Shown in pieces: positions 45,217 to 57,843 of a stretch of 64,000 nucleotides of DNA (its first letter is position 1; every line of letters begins with the position of its first letter). The notes under the pieces are model-generated. The model searched no databases. It had not been told where the DNA came from and saw only the letters and a program-made list of their open reading frames with translations. A program made the translations under genes and the position numbers. The stretch comes from Catajapyx aquilonaris. Its lineage: Eukaryota. The stretch spans positions 62,001 to 126,000 of the forward strand of contig KZ537961.1 in NCBI GenBank assembly GCA_000934665.2. Direction: 5' to 3'.

Positions 45217-46699
45217 GATGTGATCGAGTCTCTTAATGTGTAAAAATGACTCGGAAAAACCTAGTAGCAGGTGGCGTATATATACCTACGTTTCATCAGG
45301 TCACAGTCACGTTATACAAACGATAATTTTTTTTACAAGACCTCGGATGTAGCTTAATTAATTCCATTGAACAGGTGGAGTGCTTATAATCGTATTATTC
45401 CAGCCTAGCTGCATTTCTTGCTAACGGACTTGCATTCATGGGAAGACACTTGATGTCAATCAATGCATATATGCAAGTAAGGCACTTCTTATGCAAGTGT
45501 AGGAGGATGTCTTAGTACGTGCTAGCGGATGTGTGATACCTGCTGAATACAATTGTGTCATCTAAATATAAGGATCATTGAAGATGTTGACGAGGTGATA
45601 ATGGTAGGAGCTACACCTAAATAGCTTATTGTTTGAAAATGAGCGATGTCGACACCATGCCACAGCACCATGTTACACGTTGTCGTCTGAATGTCCAAAG
45701 TAATAAGTGTAGGTGACATTTGCGAAATTGAGACGGGTTACAAATTGCGTGACCAACAGCTATTGTTTGGCGGTCCAGCAGATGATTTCAGAATTGCTAA
45801 AAGATGTTGACAAGGGCTCTTAAATAAAACCCGGACATATCTGCTGCATATCTGGAGTAGGCCAGGTTTTCTTAAATAATTTTAAGTAAAAAGCCATATA
45901 TGAAATTAACCCAGTGTGATTAATTTTTGAAGAAATACTACACAAACGTCTGACGCATACACACAAAATAATATTGAGTGAAGGTCATCAAATGGCAAAT
46001 GCTAATATCAGGTGAAAATTTGTAAAAATTTTGCTCAAAATATTAGTGTCTTTTCCGCGTATGGGTATCTAATTTGGTGACAATTAGTCAAATCTAATAA
46101 AAATTATTAATGTGGTACTGTATGTCGGCATGTCTGTGTTGCCATAAATCGCTTCAGAAATAACAGGTACAATGTTGATATTGAGATCATGTGTCTCTTT
46201 AGAGACGAGAGTGTGCCAATCGTGACTGGCACATGCGCCACATAAGCAGGAACGCGTGCTGGAATCTGCAGGATTAATGTAACTTACAAGAATGGGAACC
46301 GTAAATCATTTCAGCGAGAAATGTCAATTGCTATGGTACCGGTACTCGTTTGTCACGGAGTGATGAAGTTTCTTGCTCCAAAGTTGTCGTGCAAGACACT
46401 CGAGTTGCAGGATGGGGCGATGTAAAAACAACTCATATAAGAGGTGCTTGAGTCGAGTGGTGCATCGAACACACAGGTCTGACTGAAGAGTCTGGAGCCA
46501 TTTTGACATGTTAAAAAAACATATGAAATTGTTAGTGAAGAAGGATACGGATCTTAAAATATTTCGATAGAAATTACCATATTCTTGGTGGAAATTAAAC
46601 ATATGATTTTACCAAAATAACGAAACAACATTGCTATGGCATAATGATTCATTAATGTCCATAATCAAATATATGGAAAATACAGGGACTGATTTGTCT

Positions 46700-48685
46700 T
46701 CACATCATCTCATACTGCAAGCAGAATCCCTTGTTCTTCGTGTCTCCCGATTCGTTTGAATCCGTGACAACCCGTATCATATATGGCTCTTTGGTAGCTG
46801 CAATTTGAAGGTTCGAGTTTTAAAAGTTGAATCAGAGATTAGTCTTTAGCATACTTACACATTATTTCCTGGTTCTCAGTGTCGTCATTATTTGCACTCA
46901 AAATGGAGCCGCAGAACACATTATCTGTGTAAACAGACCCACCCTGTGGACATTGGACTGCAGTTCTACCCCACACTTGGATGAAGTCAGTCTGACACAA
47001 TGCATCTTGCAACCCTAACTTGGTAGCCGCGTCCCCAGTCATTTCAAAATTGTCATTTGGTGCAGGACATACTCCCCACTGCAATTTATAAAAACACAAT
47101 CATCTTTGAAAACTTGATATTGTTCAAGATCGGTTATTGCCAAAACAAAAGTATGATTGATCATAATGGGATATTCTTCTCATGCCTGAATGCTGCTGTA
47201 ACCTTCTTCCTTCCTGACGCAGACTGTGTAGTCCAAGTCTGCCAAGTGAGGAAAAGTGGCCTGCAGCGTGTTATATCCAAGCATAGGTACCAACTTAGGA
47301 ACAGGACCGTAATAAAACTGGTTGCAACCATCCGGGGCTGGAATGAGAGACCACTTCCATAAATAGCCCGAATACTCTCAAAGTGTGTGGTTTATTTCAC
47401 AAGTTCCAAGCAGTTAGAATGTGCATGATGATGCGCCAGACTAGTACCTCTGACTGGTGAGTCGCAGGGGATCATGGTAATACCAATCTTCCACATGCTT
47501 CCAGGAGAGCTACCAGACTGCAGATTTACGTTTAGGGTTACGAAGCTGCTACTTCGCAAGTCCAGGTACACTATAATGAAAAGTTCATAATGAGCCACCA
47601 AACCATGATGTTCTGTCTTCATTACCATGTAAGCAAGTACAAGGTCAAACCATTGCTTTCGATTATCTCAAAATGGTTTTTTTACTTGATACATTGGATC
47701 TGCATGCAGTGAAAAAATGTCATTGACAAAAAAAATTGGACGCTTGCCAATTTTCTATCCTGCAGCATGCAATCTAGCTCCAGTATGGCCGCCCCATAAG
47801 GACTACGTGGAGACAATACCCTGGCTAGGGTGGGGGAGGCAACCATGTAGGGGACCCTGCACTACATCAGTTCATTGCAATAACAGAGATAATATCTACT
47901 ATAGCCTAGTATCTGCGATTACCAATTATTAATAAGATAAGCGCGATCAAGAACTTCCAGCAGATATGCTGGAGGTCATCAATATGATCTACACGCCTAA
48001 GCAGTAAGGTAGTGAATACGCGGGAATATAAAGAAAGTCTATTACGAATAATTAATTTTATGACATTCTGCTATGTACAGGTTCCTGCATAACATTGTAC
48101 ATAAATTATATGCATCCTGTACAGCATATGTTTGAAAATGAACTCACCGTGTTGATTAGAGAATGTACCACACAGTCTCTTAAATCCTGATTGAGGTGTA
48201 CCTGACACCATCAAGTACTCTTTCGGGCATTGTCCCGTTGTGCTGTGCTGAACTCCAACAGAAAACACATTAAAATCCAACCTCACTTGGCACACTTTCT
48301 CATTCTGAAACATGACAAAAGGAGGAAAATGCATGTTCAATATAGGCCACCAAATCATCATTGTTCACTCTTTTACATCAAGAAACATAAGTAGAGGACT
48401 CACCTTTGTTATTGTAACGGGGCACATGCCGCCTTGAGGGGTTGGGTTTGGGTAATGGGGGTTTGTAAAGTAAGTGCCATTTTTCGATACTTGCTGATGA
48501 CACTTAGCTGAAGCTGAAATATTTTGGTCTCATATAAGAGAATATTAAAAATTATTCAATATTTTCACACAAGCAATTCACTTACATTTTTCATGTCCGC
48601 TGAGCAAAGTTGGGAAGTGCTGGTCTAGGCTCATAGAAGAGGCCACAAGTGAGAAGAAGATGAAGGCAATGAATACGTTCGACAT
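46700..48685 (-). CDS. G16: divergent secreted CUB-domain-like protein lacking the Cys-rich module; needs one GC-AG intron
   Basis: MSNVFIAFIFFSLVASSMS..HEK / SSAKCHQQVSKNGTYFTNPHYP / CQVRLDFN..RLCGTFSNQH / APDGCNQFY..HLADLDYTVCVRKE..IQ|gcatga / WGVC..DNVFCG / NKGFCLQYEMM*. Confidence 0.7.
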
Positions 48686-49559
48686 TGTGAGTGACGAATT
48701 AGGTAATAAATGCTCGATAGCCCTGACCTCACTCACCAGTAACACTCGTGTGGTGTCACAGGCTCTACACGTCATTGAGATAAAAGTCATTGGTGATATT
48801 GGTCCCGCAGGTTACGTTTGCGGCGCATTATATTCGCGAATCAACCTGCATCTTTGTTCTGATCATAGTACACCATCTACCGTAATCTATGATATTCAGG
48901 CGTCTGTATGAAAGCAACATTTTGTAATACAACAAATCTAAAATACACAATATAAGTTTGTAAACTGTACAGGAGCAAGGTGACACTAAGGTGCTTTTAG
49001 CTAAGCACTCACCCAATTAGATGGTACTCACTGATAATGCCATAATATATAATATTACGCATCCATTAATGCAAATTTCGGGCATCTAATGACGGATCAA
49101 CATTGAACATGAACGACGCTGCTTTAGGCCCACCAAACAATTTGGTCCACATAATATCACACCAAACTGTACCCTACTCCACAACATTTGCCCCAGTGAG
49201 TGTAAATAATGAAGTCATTAATGCGTTGCGTGTTGCATAGCTTATAAAACATTTCCCCCCTTCCAACTTGTGACACTATAATAAGTTAATGAGCTTCAAT
49301 TATTTTAGAATATTTAGAAACCTTTGTAAAATAATAGATTATGGGTTTCTTCTTGGCATACTCCTTACTACCGGTACAATACGGTAGGCCTATGTTAACA
49401 CTAACAGTAGCTTTCCAAAAACGAGACCAGTTGACTATTGTGAAAATACTATATTAATACCAGCGTAAATAGCCGTGAAAAGTATATAGACTATGACTGT
49501 AAGAACGGATCTCATCATGTCTGCACGTATAGTCTGCAGGCTATGTGCAGCATTGGACA

Positions 49560-50320
49560 TCTGACAACTTCATTGCTGATGTGCATAGCGAAGGTTTTTT
49601 GATTGTCAATCAGAAATTTTAGTTTGAGAAACTATCACTTTTTATGTTTCCGTCTGACTCGCTATACAACAATTTAGCCAAGTGCGGTGCCGGTTAATAA
49701 TATTAGGATTGTAGCCACAGGTATGTCCGCTTGTCCGGCACTCGTATCATCAGGCAACCATCCGGAGGTGCGTGATATCTTTGTACGTCATCACCAAAGA
49801 ACGGATTTCTAGGCTCTAGAAAACCCTCAAATTTAGGTCCTGAAAACAGTTTAAATAGGCTCTTAAATAGGCACTAAAAATCAAGCATCAGGTCCTCATT
49901 TATTTTCAGTCCAATGCAATGCCTACTCTTCGCCATGTAATTTTGCAGCACCATAAAAAATTAAGAAGTTGTTCCATAATGATGTTAGTTTTTTAATTAT
50001 TATTTGTCGGCGATGCAAGTGTGGACTCTATACGCATGTACCAACGTCCGAAATAGGCAATTTTAGGTTTGATAAAACTCTGATTTTTGAGGTCCCTGTG
50101 CTATGAAACGGAGAGATATTTTGGTTCTGTTGTTCTGCCTATAAAAGAAAAAGAAAGTAACAACCTAGAAATCCGTCCTTTGGTCGTCACAAATACACAT
50201 TCCCTCTATTAGTAACTTAGTAAACACCTACTGGTGACCTTCAAGAGTGTCAGAGTAATGAAGATCATTTTTGAATCCTTAGTTTTTAACGCTTGTGAAC
50301 CTGTTCCTGGGCGATTACCT
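49560..50320 (-). pseudogene. Relic R2: decayed exon 6-8 fragments interrupted by a MITE
   Basis: CAGGCAACCATCCGGAG (APDGC), TTAGGATTGTAGCCA (GYNP) and TTAGCCAAGTG (HLA) remnants at about 49670-49770; exon 6-like TTGAATCC..AGT near 50270. Boundaries approximate. Confidence 0.65.
49793..50184. mobile_element. MITE / non-autonomous DNA transposon, superfamily uncertain
   Basis: 21-bp TIRs ACCAAAG(A/G)ACGGATTTCTAGG at 49793-49813 and 50164-50184; TSD not clearly resolved. Confidence 0.75.
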
Positions 50321-50632
50321 CAGGTATAATACATGTATAAGCCTATGTTATGAAACACCGTGTGTGTATTTATATTATCTAAAGATTGTAGCCTTCGCAA
50401 TTTTTATGTAGTTAAACTTGCAATAATATACAATATAATAAATTGTTCCATACTGCATCATACCATAAAGCATTGTATATATATGCAGGACTGATGTCAC
50501 AAGAGTGTAATATATTTTCTCTCTCATTGCTGATATTGCAGACAGTCGTTGTCAACACTATTCTAAGGCTGTCAATGTGCAATATTTTCAACGCAATCCC
50601 TTACATGCATGTTACAGTCTGAGCTAATGGAA

Positions 50633-50912
50633 TAATAATGATAATGGATACCCCCTGATAGGCCTCCTTATGCCTCTTAGGGGATCATCTTTTGAATAAC
50701 CGTCTTTAATAATTATTATTGCCTGTTCTGTGATGGATTTTGATAGTGGGAGGAAACGGGAGAACCCGAGAAAACCCACGCGAACACGGAGAGAACCCAT
50801 CCAAACTCTATCCACATAAGCATCCTCTGTCCGATCCGGGGATCGAACTCTATCGACCTCAGAGGTGGCAAACTGTGGCGCTAACCACTACGACACCGTG
50901 TCGCCCCAATAA
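50633..50912 (-). mobile_element. tRNA-derived SINE (family B) with V-domain-like core
   Basis: Head GGGGCGACACGGTGTCGTAGTGGTTAGC..GTTCGATCCCCGG; core GTTCTCTCCGTGTTCGCGTGGGTTTTCTCGGGTTCTCCCGTTTCCTCCCAC; (ATT)-type tail; 12-bp TSD GAGCTAATGGAA at 50621-50632 and 50913-50924. Confidence 0.9.
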
Positions 50913-51122
50913 GAGCTAATGGAAATGATAAACAATGAGATTTTTTACAGACAGTCATTCCGGATAACTTTTGTTACACATGCGATGGTAAAGCCTACAG
51001 GTATAAGTTATGAGTTGTGGCACTGCATGCGAATTATCTTAATATACATAATTTATTCTGGTATTGCAAAAAGTATAGAATACATCAAGTGCCCAGTGGT
51101 GAGGAACGGTCCAGTGCAGGGG

Positions 51123-52958
51123 TCATGCCTGCGTGTATGTCAAGCAGAAACCAACATTCGCTGTATCAAGGTTTTCCGAACCGTCTGTTTCCACATGAAT
51201 AACGAATGGTTTGGCAGAAGCTGAAAGCAAAATGTTTTCATTAATTTCTGTCCGAGTATGTTCAGGGTAACAAAGACACTTACTTGTAATGGGCTCATTC
51301 ACTGATGATACCTGAAGATCAGTATGGGGTATGCGACTAAGCGCAGTCCCGCAGAAAATGCCATCCGTCGACGGCGGAGTCGTGGTAACAATTTGAATGT
51401 AATCAGTCGGGCAATTATTTTGTAAAGCGACGGCGATTTGGCTGGTGGCATCTCCACTCATGGAGAAGGATTTCTGATCACACACTACCCACTGCCAAAA
51501 ACAAAAAAGAGTCGAAGAAAATTAACATTTGTAAGAAAAAATGCTTAAATTTGAATAAAATTACATGTAGTCAAATATATTATAAGTTTACTCTATATTA
51601 TCCCTCTAGACTCGAGACAGTGGTGCACTGACAGTGTCAATACATCCAAACTTGATTAAGTATTTAGATATCTTACTGAGAATTTGTACCGAGCAAGGCA
51701 TACATACCGTAATGCTGTCCCTTCCAACTTCCCTCCTCACGCACAAAGTGTAATTCAAATTTGCCAAATGAGGTGGCTGACTGGGATTGTATCCAAGTAT
51801 TTCCACTCGTCCCATACCACCATTATCATAATAATACTGCAGACAACCATCCGGAGCTATGGAAATATGTGCAAATAAGTCAGTATAAAAATATACATTC
51901 CCTCTGGCCTGATTAGTTTTGAATCTTTTGATACTCATCTTTCATTTTACATTTACCAGTGACACTGTACCTGTGAGTAGTGAAGTGCATTCAATCATTT
52001 GAATCCTAGTCTTCCATGATTTAGGACCTATTCCCATGTAGTTTAGTCTTATGTGGTCACTTCCTCCAAAATCCACATACACTGAGTGTAACAAATAAAC
52101 ACATTATGCAATGGACCAATTCATAGTACGTGACAAAATAATATTGAAATACGAATGACTTACTGTGCTCGTTGCGGAATTTTCCACAAAGCTGAGGAAG
52201 TACTGTCTGACTATCCGTCACGGTAAAACGTGCGTCTATGCACACACCGTTAATATTTGGTTTTGGCAAATTGAAGTCAATGAAATCTATGCGAATTTGG
52301 CAAATGTTTGGTTGCTGAAATTTGATTAATAACGTCCTTTAATATCTGCAAAGTTTTCATGCGGCACATTACAGCATGTGAAAGCTCACCCTTCTGACAG
52401 TCACAGCACAATCACCACCGCCCATCGTTGACGGATAATTCGGATTTTGAAAAAATGTGATATTTTGTGTCACTATTCCATCACACGTAGCAGTAACTAA
52501 AATCAAGTTCCCTTAAATTTGTAACCCAACATTACTATTTTGACAAAATACTTACACACACAGCAAACTCCAAATCCTCTAGCACACGTCCCACTACTTT
52601 GTCCTCCTCTTTTCATACACGCAAACCTAAAAATGCATCAAGAAAGTTTCGTATCGCATAGCATCTATCAAGCGTGTGTAACAAATGACGCAACATGCAT
52701 AACTTACGATGTGAAGCATGTCCCCATATCTCCACTAGCGGCCGTACAAGTACCGGGTATGATGGTAATAATAAATGGAAACACTGCAATAATAAATATA
52801 ACCGGTTGTAGGCTAATCACATTATAAAAGTGATTCCATGAAGCAAATAACTAACATTTGCCACTTCGTACTAATGAAGTCGAATGATGCTCCACTTCCG
52901 TGCACTGAGAAAACCCCATCAATGAAAAAGACAGAAACGCAATAAATAAGAACGACAT
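51123..52958 (-). CDS. G17: secreted CUB-domain-like protein, mosaic (divergent 5' exons, G13/G14-like 3' part)
   Basis: MSFLFIAFLSFSLMGFSQC / LFPFIITIIPGTCTAASGDMGTCFTS / FACMKRGGQSSGTCARGFGVCC / FFQNPNYPSTMGGGDCAVTVRR ... NVGFCLTYTQA*; TATAAA at 53011-53016. Confidence 0.85.
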
Positions 52959-53864
52959 AGTGAGAGCTGCTCCAGGTGACAAATGGGACTTGCACGGATC
53001 GTTCCAACACTTTATATGATTAGCTATAGGTCAACAAGGGGTTCAGATAGGCCGCAGTGACGTTATTCACACAACCCATGTGTGCGTATAAATTCCAACT
53101 CAAGTAGCATATTTGCACACACCCTTGAATATCCATCCAGCCACAGCCTGTGCAAAAGCCCTGCCTCATGATAAGATTTGCTAAAAGTCGCAATAAGTCA
53201 TCAAATCCTTGTTAATGCTTTAATCCTAGCAGTAAAACACCCAAATCTTATATTTTGAGGAAGAGTCAGCATGTCTTTAAACAGCCCAATGTTTGCAGTG
53301 TAAATGAAGCTTGTCTCCTTTACAAGTGGTAGATGGACAGTTAAGACTACAGAGCAGCTTCCGTGCTGGAAACCAGGTTGACTCCTGCTGAACCCACAAC
53401 CAGGAATCAACAATAGCCTTCCAAGGCCCTTCGCACATTTTTTATTTGGCACCAAGAGGAACGCGCTTCTATTTTATCTCTATGTAGGACATACAGTAGC
53501 CAACCGGATGGCAGCTCTTATACCACTTTTGAAGAAAAAAAAATGCGCCTACTTTTTCAGACACAGTGTGGTTCGATCACAGCTATAGTTAGATGAGTTA
53601 GATGGAGTTGGCAGAAAGGGGATGCTGACTAGAGACTTTTGCGGGCACGTGGCGAAGTATGTCCCACCGTTATTGGCGGTTATTGCCAATAACCGCCAAT
53701 AACGGTCCTTTATTTGGTTCATTTTGGGCGAATAGACGTACCAAGATTATTGTTCCGGTTTTACTATTTGTTGATTACTCAACATTGTTCTACAAGTGCC
53801 TCCTATAGCCAGTCACGCACACAATCTTTTACCAGACCACATAAGTTTGTTTGCATTCCTGTTT

Positions 53865-54022
53865 GGGGGGAGGCGTGGTGGTCGAGATGGTAACGTCTCG
53901 GCTTGCTGTGCGGAAGGTCCCGGGTTCGATCCCCGCCAGGGAGCTCCCTTCAGCCAGCGTCAGTGGGTCTCTGACCCGCGCCTACAGGAGGCGCATTGGC
54001 AACCTAGCCTGCTGGGGGACTT
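53865..54022 (+). mobile_element. tRNA-derived SINE (family C) 5' part
   Basis: GGGGAGGCGTGGTGGTCGAGATGGTAACGTCTCGGC..GGGTTCGATCCCCGCC followed by GGGTCTCTGACC..GGCAACCTA; related copies at 61150-61299 and 62705-62863. Confidence 0.85.
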
Positions 54023-55497
54023 GGGCGATGATGGGGCGATGTAAAAACAACTCATGTAAGAAGTGCTTGAGTCGAGTGGTGCGTCGAACACTCAGTTGTG
54101 ACTGAATGGTTTAATTGGAGCCCCTTTAACACATCCAGTCCTTTAGATGTTAAAGACATTATGAAGTCTATTTTTAGTGAAGAAGGATACGGATCTTAGA
54201 ATATTTCTATAGATATTACAATATTCTTGGTGGAAATTAAACATATGATTTTACCAAAATAATGAAACAACATTGCTATTCATTAATCCCCACAATCAAA
54301 TATGGAATATACCGCGACTGATTTGTCTTCACATCATCTCATACTACAAGCAGAATCCCTTGTTCTTCGTGTCACCAGATGGGCCACTCCCTTCGTTTGA
54401 ATCCGTGACGACCCGTATCATATGGCTCTTTGGTAGCTGTAATATTTGAAGGTTGGAGTTTTAGAAGTCGAATCAGAGATTAGTCTTGGGATACTTACAC
54501 ATTATTTCCTGGTTCTCAGTGTCGTCATTATTTGCACTCAAAATGGAGGCGCAGAAGGCAGAACACATTATCTGTGTAAGGAAGCTCAGGAGCCTGTACA
54601 TTTAGGTTTTTATTTCTATCCCACACTTGGATGAAGTCAGTCTGACAAAATCCATCTTGCAAGGATACTTTTCTATATGCGTCACCAGTAATATTTCAAA
54701 ATTGTCATTTGGTGCAGGACATACCCCCCACTGCAATTTATAAAAACACAATCCTCCATCAAAACTGGGTGTTCAAGATCGGTTATTGCCAAAACGAAAA
54801 GTATGATTGATCATAATGGGAGATTCTTCTCATGCCTGAATGCTGCTGGAACCTTCTTCCTTCCTGACGCAGACCGTGTAGTCCAAGTCTGCCAAGTGGG
54901 GGGAAAGTGGCCTTCCTCGTGTTATATCCAAGCATAGGCACCAACTTAGGAATCTGACCGTAATAATACTGGTTGCAACCATCCGGGGCTGAAATGACAG
55001 ACCACGTCCATGAATCGTCCGAATGCTCTCAATGTGTGTGGTTTATTTCACAGGTTTCTAAGAAGTTAGTTCTAAGTAGTGCATGATGATGCACCAGTAC
55101 CTCTGACTGGTGAGTCGCAGGGGATCATGGTAATGCCAATCTTCCACATGCTTCCAGGAGAGCTACCAGACCGCACATTTACGTTGAGGGTTACGAAGCT
55201 GCTACTTCGCAAGTCCAGGTACACTAAATTAAAGTATTTTGTTAAGGTCACATATTTCACTTCACATCTATTTATGTCATCATAATTTATTGGACGCGCC
55301 ATGTAATGTTCTTCGGCCACGGGCGTACTGCACTAATTACAACCAACAATCCAACAGTTAGCAACATGGACTACTTAGCATTTGGTTGAACACATAGACA
55401 CCCGTCTTGAACTCGGAACATTTCGTCAGCATAAAATCCACGAAGTCCAATCTTCAGTTATTTCAGCTATTTTAGCAAAAAAAAAACGTGATGTTAA

Positions 55498-55791
55498 CCT
55501 CCTGAGACCCCTGGTACAGTATACTGTAGCTTTGTTTTTTCCAGCACCTTCTGACTAAAGGCCCATTCACACAGGCCGTCGACGGTTTTGGTTTTTGGTC
55601 TCGTTGACGCCGCGGACCAATCAGAACGGTCCCTCACGTAAACAACGCGTCATGGTTACCGTGAGCTCTGATTGGTCCAAAACCAAAACCAAAACCAAAA
55701 CCGACGGCCTGTGTGAATGGGCCTTCCTTAACTCAAACGCGTAAAAAAACACACACAAATGTGATTGAAAGGTGTACTAGGTCTCAGGAGG
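55498..55791. mobile_element. piggyBac-like MITE
   Basis: TTAA|CCTCCTGAGACC ... GGTCTCAGGAGG|TTAA: perfect 12-bp TIRs with TTAA duplication. Confidence 0.85.
55559..55724. mobile_element. Harbinger-like MITE nested in the piggyBac-like element
   Basis: Perfect 23-bp TIRs AGGCCCATTCACACAGGCCGTCG; internal inverted GGACCAATCAGA/TCTGATTGGTCC; left flank TAA, right flank does not match. Confidence 0.8.
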
Positions 55792-57373
55792 TTAATAGAG
55801 TTTTTCTTGTCATGTTTTTTTTAAACATCGGTATCAACATCTGGCAATTTTTAAACATGTTTTGGTCAAGTGTATTCATGTTGTAACTTAAAACATGAAA
55901 ACCTATTATGACAAATTCCAGAATATTGTTTTCCAACGTTCATAACAGGCTATCTTATACCACTACACTGAATCAGTTCATCTCAATAACAAAGATAATA
56001 ATTATCTACTACTGTAGTGTCTTCAATTACCAATAATAATTATAAGATAAACAAGATCAAGTACTTTCCGCAGATATGATAGGGTCATCAATATGATCTA
56101 CAATCTAAGCTGCTCTGTTTATGTAATGTACAGTACATAATTATACTTATACACCTAGTACAGTATATGTTGTCATATGAACTCACCGTGTCCATTAGAG
56201 AATGCACCACACAGTCTCTTGAATCCTGATTGAGGTATACCTGGCACCATCAAGTACTCTTTCAGGCATTGTCCGGTTGTGCTGTGCTGAACTCCAACAG
56301 AAAACACATTAAAATCCAACCTCACTTGGCACACTTTCTCATTCTGAAACATGACAAAAGGAGGAAAATGTATGTTCAATATAATTATAATACCTAATCA
56401 GGAATGTTCACTCTTTTACATCAAGGAACATTATTAAGTAGAGGACTCACCTTTGTTATTGTAACGGGGCACATGCCGCCTTGAGGGGTTGGGTTTGGGT
56501 AATCGGGGTTTGTAAAGTAAGTGCCATTTTTCGATACTTCTTGCTGATGACACGTAGCAGAAGATGAAATATATTGGTCTCATATAAAAGCATATTTAAA
56601 ATTATTCGATATTTTCGCCCAATCACTTACATTTTTCATGTCCGCTGAGTAAAGTCGGTAAGTGCTGGTCTAGGCTCATAGAAGAGGCCACAAGTGAGAA
56701 GAAGATGAAGGCAATGAATACGTTCGACATTGTGAGTGACGAATTAGGTAATAAATGCTCGATAGCCCTGACCTCACCAGCAACACTCGTTTGGTGTAGG
56801 CTCTACGCGTCATTGAGATAAAAGTCATTGGTGATATTGGTCACGCAGGCTACGTTTGCGGCGCATTACATTCGAGAATCAACCTGCATCTTTGTTCTGA
56901 TCATTATAGTAGACCATCTACCGTAATCTATGAATTTCAAGCGTCTGTATGAAAGCAACATTTTGTAATACAAAAAATCTGAAATACACAGCATAAGTGC
57001 AGGAGCAAGGTGACACTAAGGTGCTTTTACCTAAGCACTCACCCAATTAAATGATACTCACTGATAATGAATGCACAATCATATTATGCGCAATTTTGGA
57101 TTGCCCAGGTATGACTATTGGAAAGATCTGTCCTGTTCCTAATCCTAATGTTAATCAGTAATCACCTTCTCTAAAGTCACACGATTAACACATGAGACGT
57201 AAGCAATCAAAATGCAACATAAGCCAAAATAATTTTGGCTTATGTTGCAGCTAAATAACAGCTAAAGGAAATGATAAACAAGGAGATGTTTTTATAGATA
57301 AGATAATAGTAATTCCAACTGACATTAATTTGTTACACATGGTAGAGACCACCGCACCGGTATATGACTGTTA

Positions 57374-57726
57374 TGGGTCCAGCAAATATCACGTGACCGA
57401 TTTTAAGCCACTTTTTGACCCCTCCCCGCCCCAGTGACCGACCGTGGTATCCATTGGACCCCCCCCCCCCCCCCTTTGCACGTGGTTTTTTTAAATGTCG
57501 AAAAANAAGCAAGTAAAAAAAAACATGTCTCCCCATGTTTTAAGGGTCGCTGGTTTCGAATTTTAGGTTACTTTGAACCCATGTGCATCTGTAAAAGCTC
57601 CCATATGTGGCCATTCACCGTGATCAGAGATATACCCCATGAACTGTCGCCACCCCCCTCCCCCGTGGTATATCAGCAGACCCCCCCCCTCCCCCCAAAA
57701 CGGTCACGTGGTATTTGCACGACCCC
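57374..57726. mobile_element. Tourist/Harbinger-like MITE
   Basis: Imperfect ~26-bp TIRs (GGGTC..GCAAATA.CACGTGACCG), TTA on both flanks, poly-C subterminal tracts. Confidence 0.7.
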
Positions 57727-57843
57727 TTATGGGTTGCTGTGGCACTGCATAGGCTATATCTTATACATAATTTATTATGGTATTGCAAAGAAAAGTACAG
57801 AATACATCAGTGGGCAGCGGTGAGGAGCTGTTCAGTGCAAGGG

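Larger units (their letters stand above)
54329..56730 (-). pseudogene. G18: pseudogenised duplicate of G16
   Basis: Second-exon acceptor AG>AT (56564), 2-nt insertion near 54690, 7-nt duplication near 54552-54563, 2-nt deletion in last exon; nested MITEs in an intron. Confidence 0.9.

Noticed and set aside
53201..53455. ORF MVPNKKCAKGLGRLLLIPGCG repeated at 60156-60422
   Set aside because: Similarity is explained by the recent segmental duplication; non-ATG start and frame-changing indels between copies.
53865..53937. tRNA genes at SINE heads (also 17003, 50840-50907, 61225-61299, 62790-62863)
   Set aside because: Imperfect cloverleaf stems, shared non-tRNA bodies, tails and TSDs indicate SINEs.
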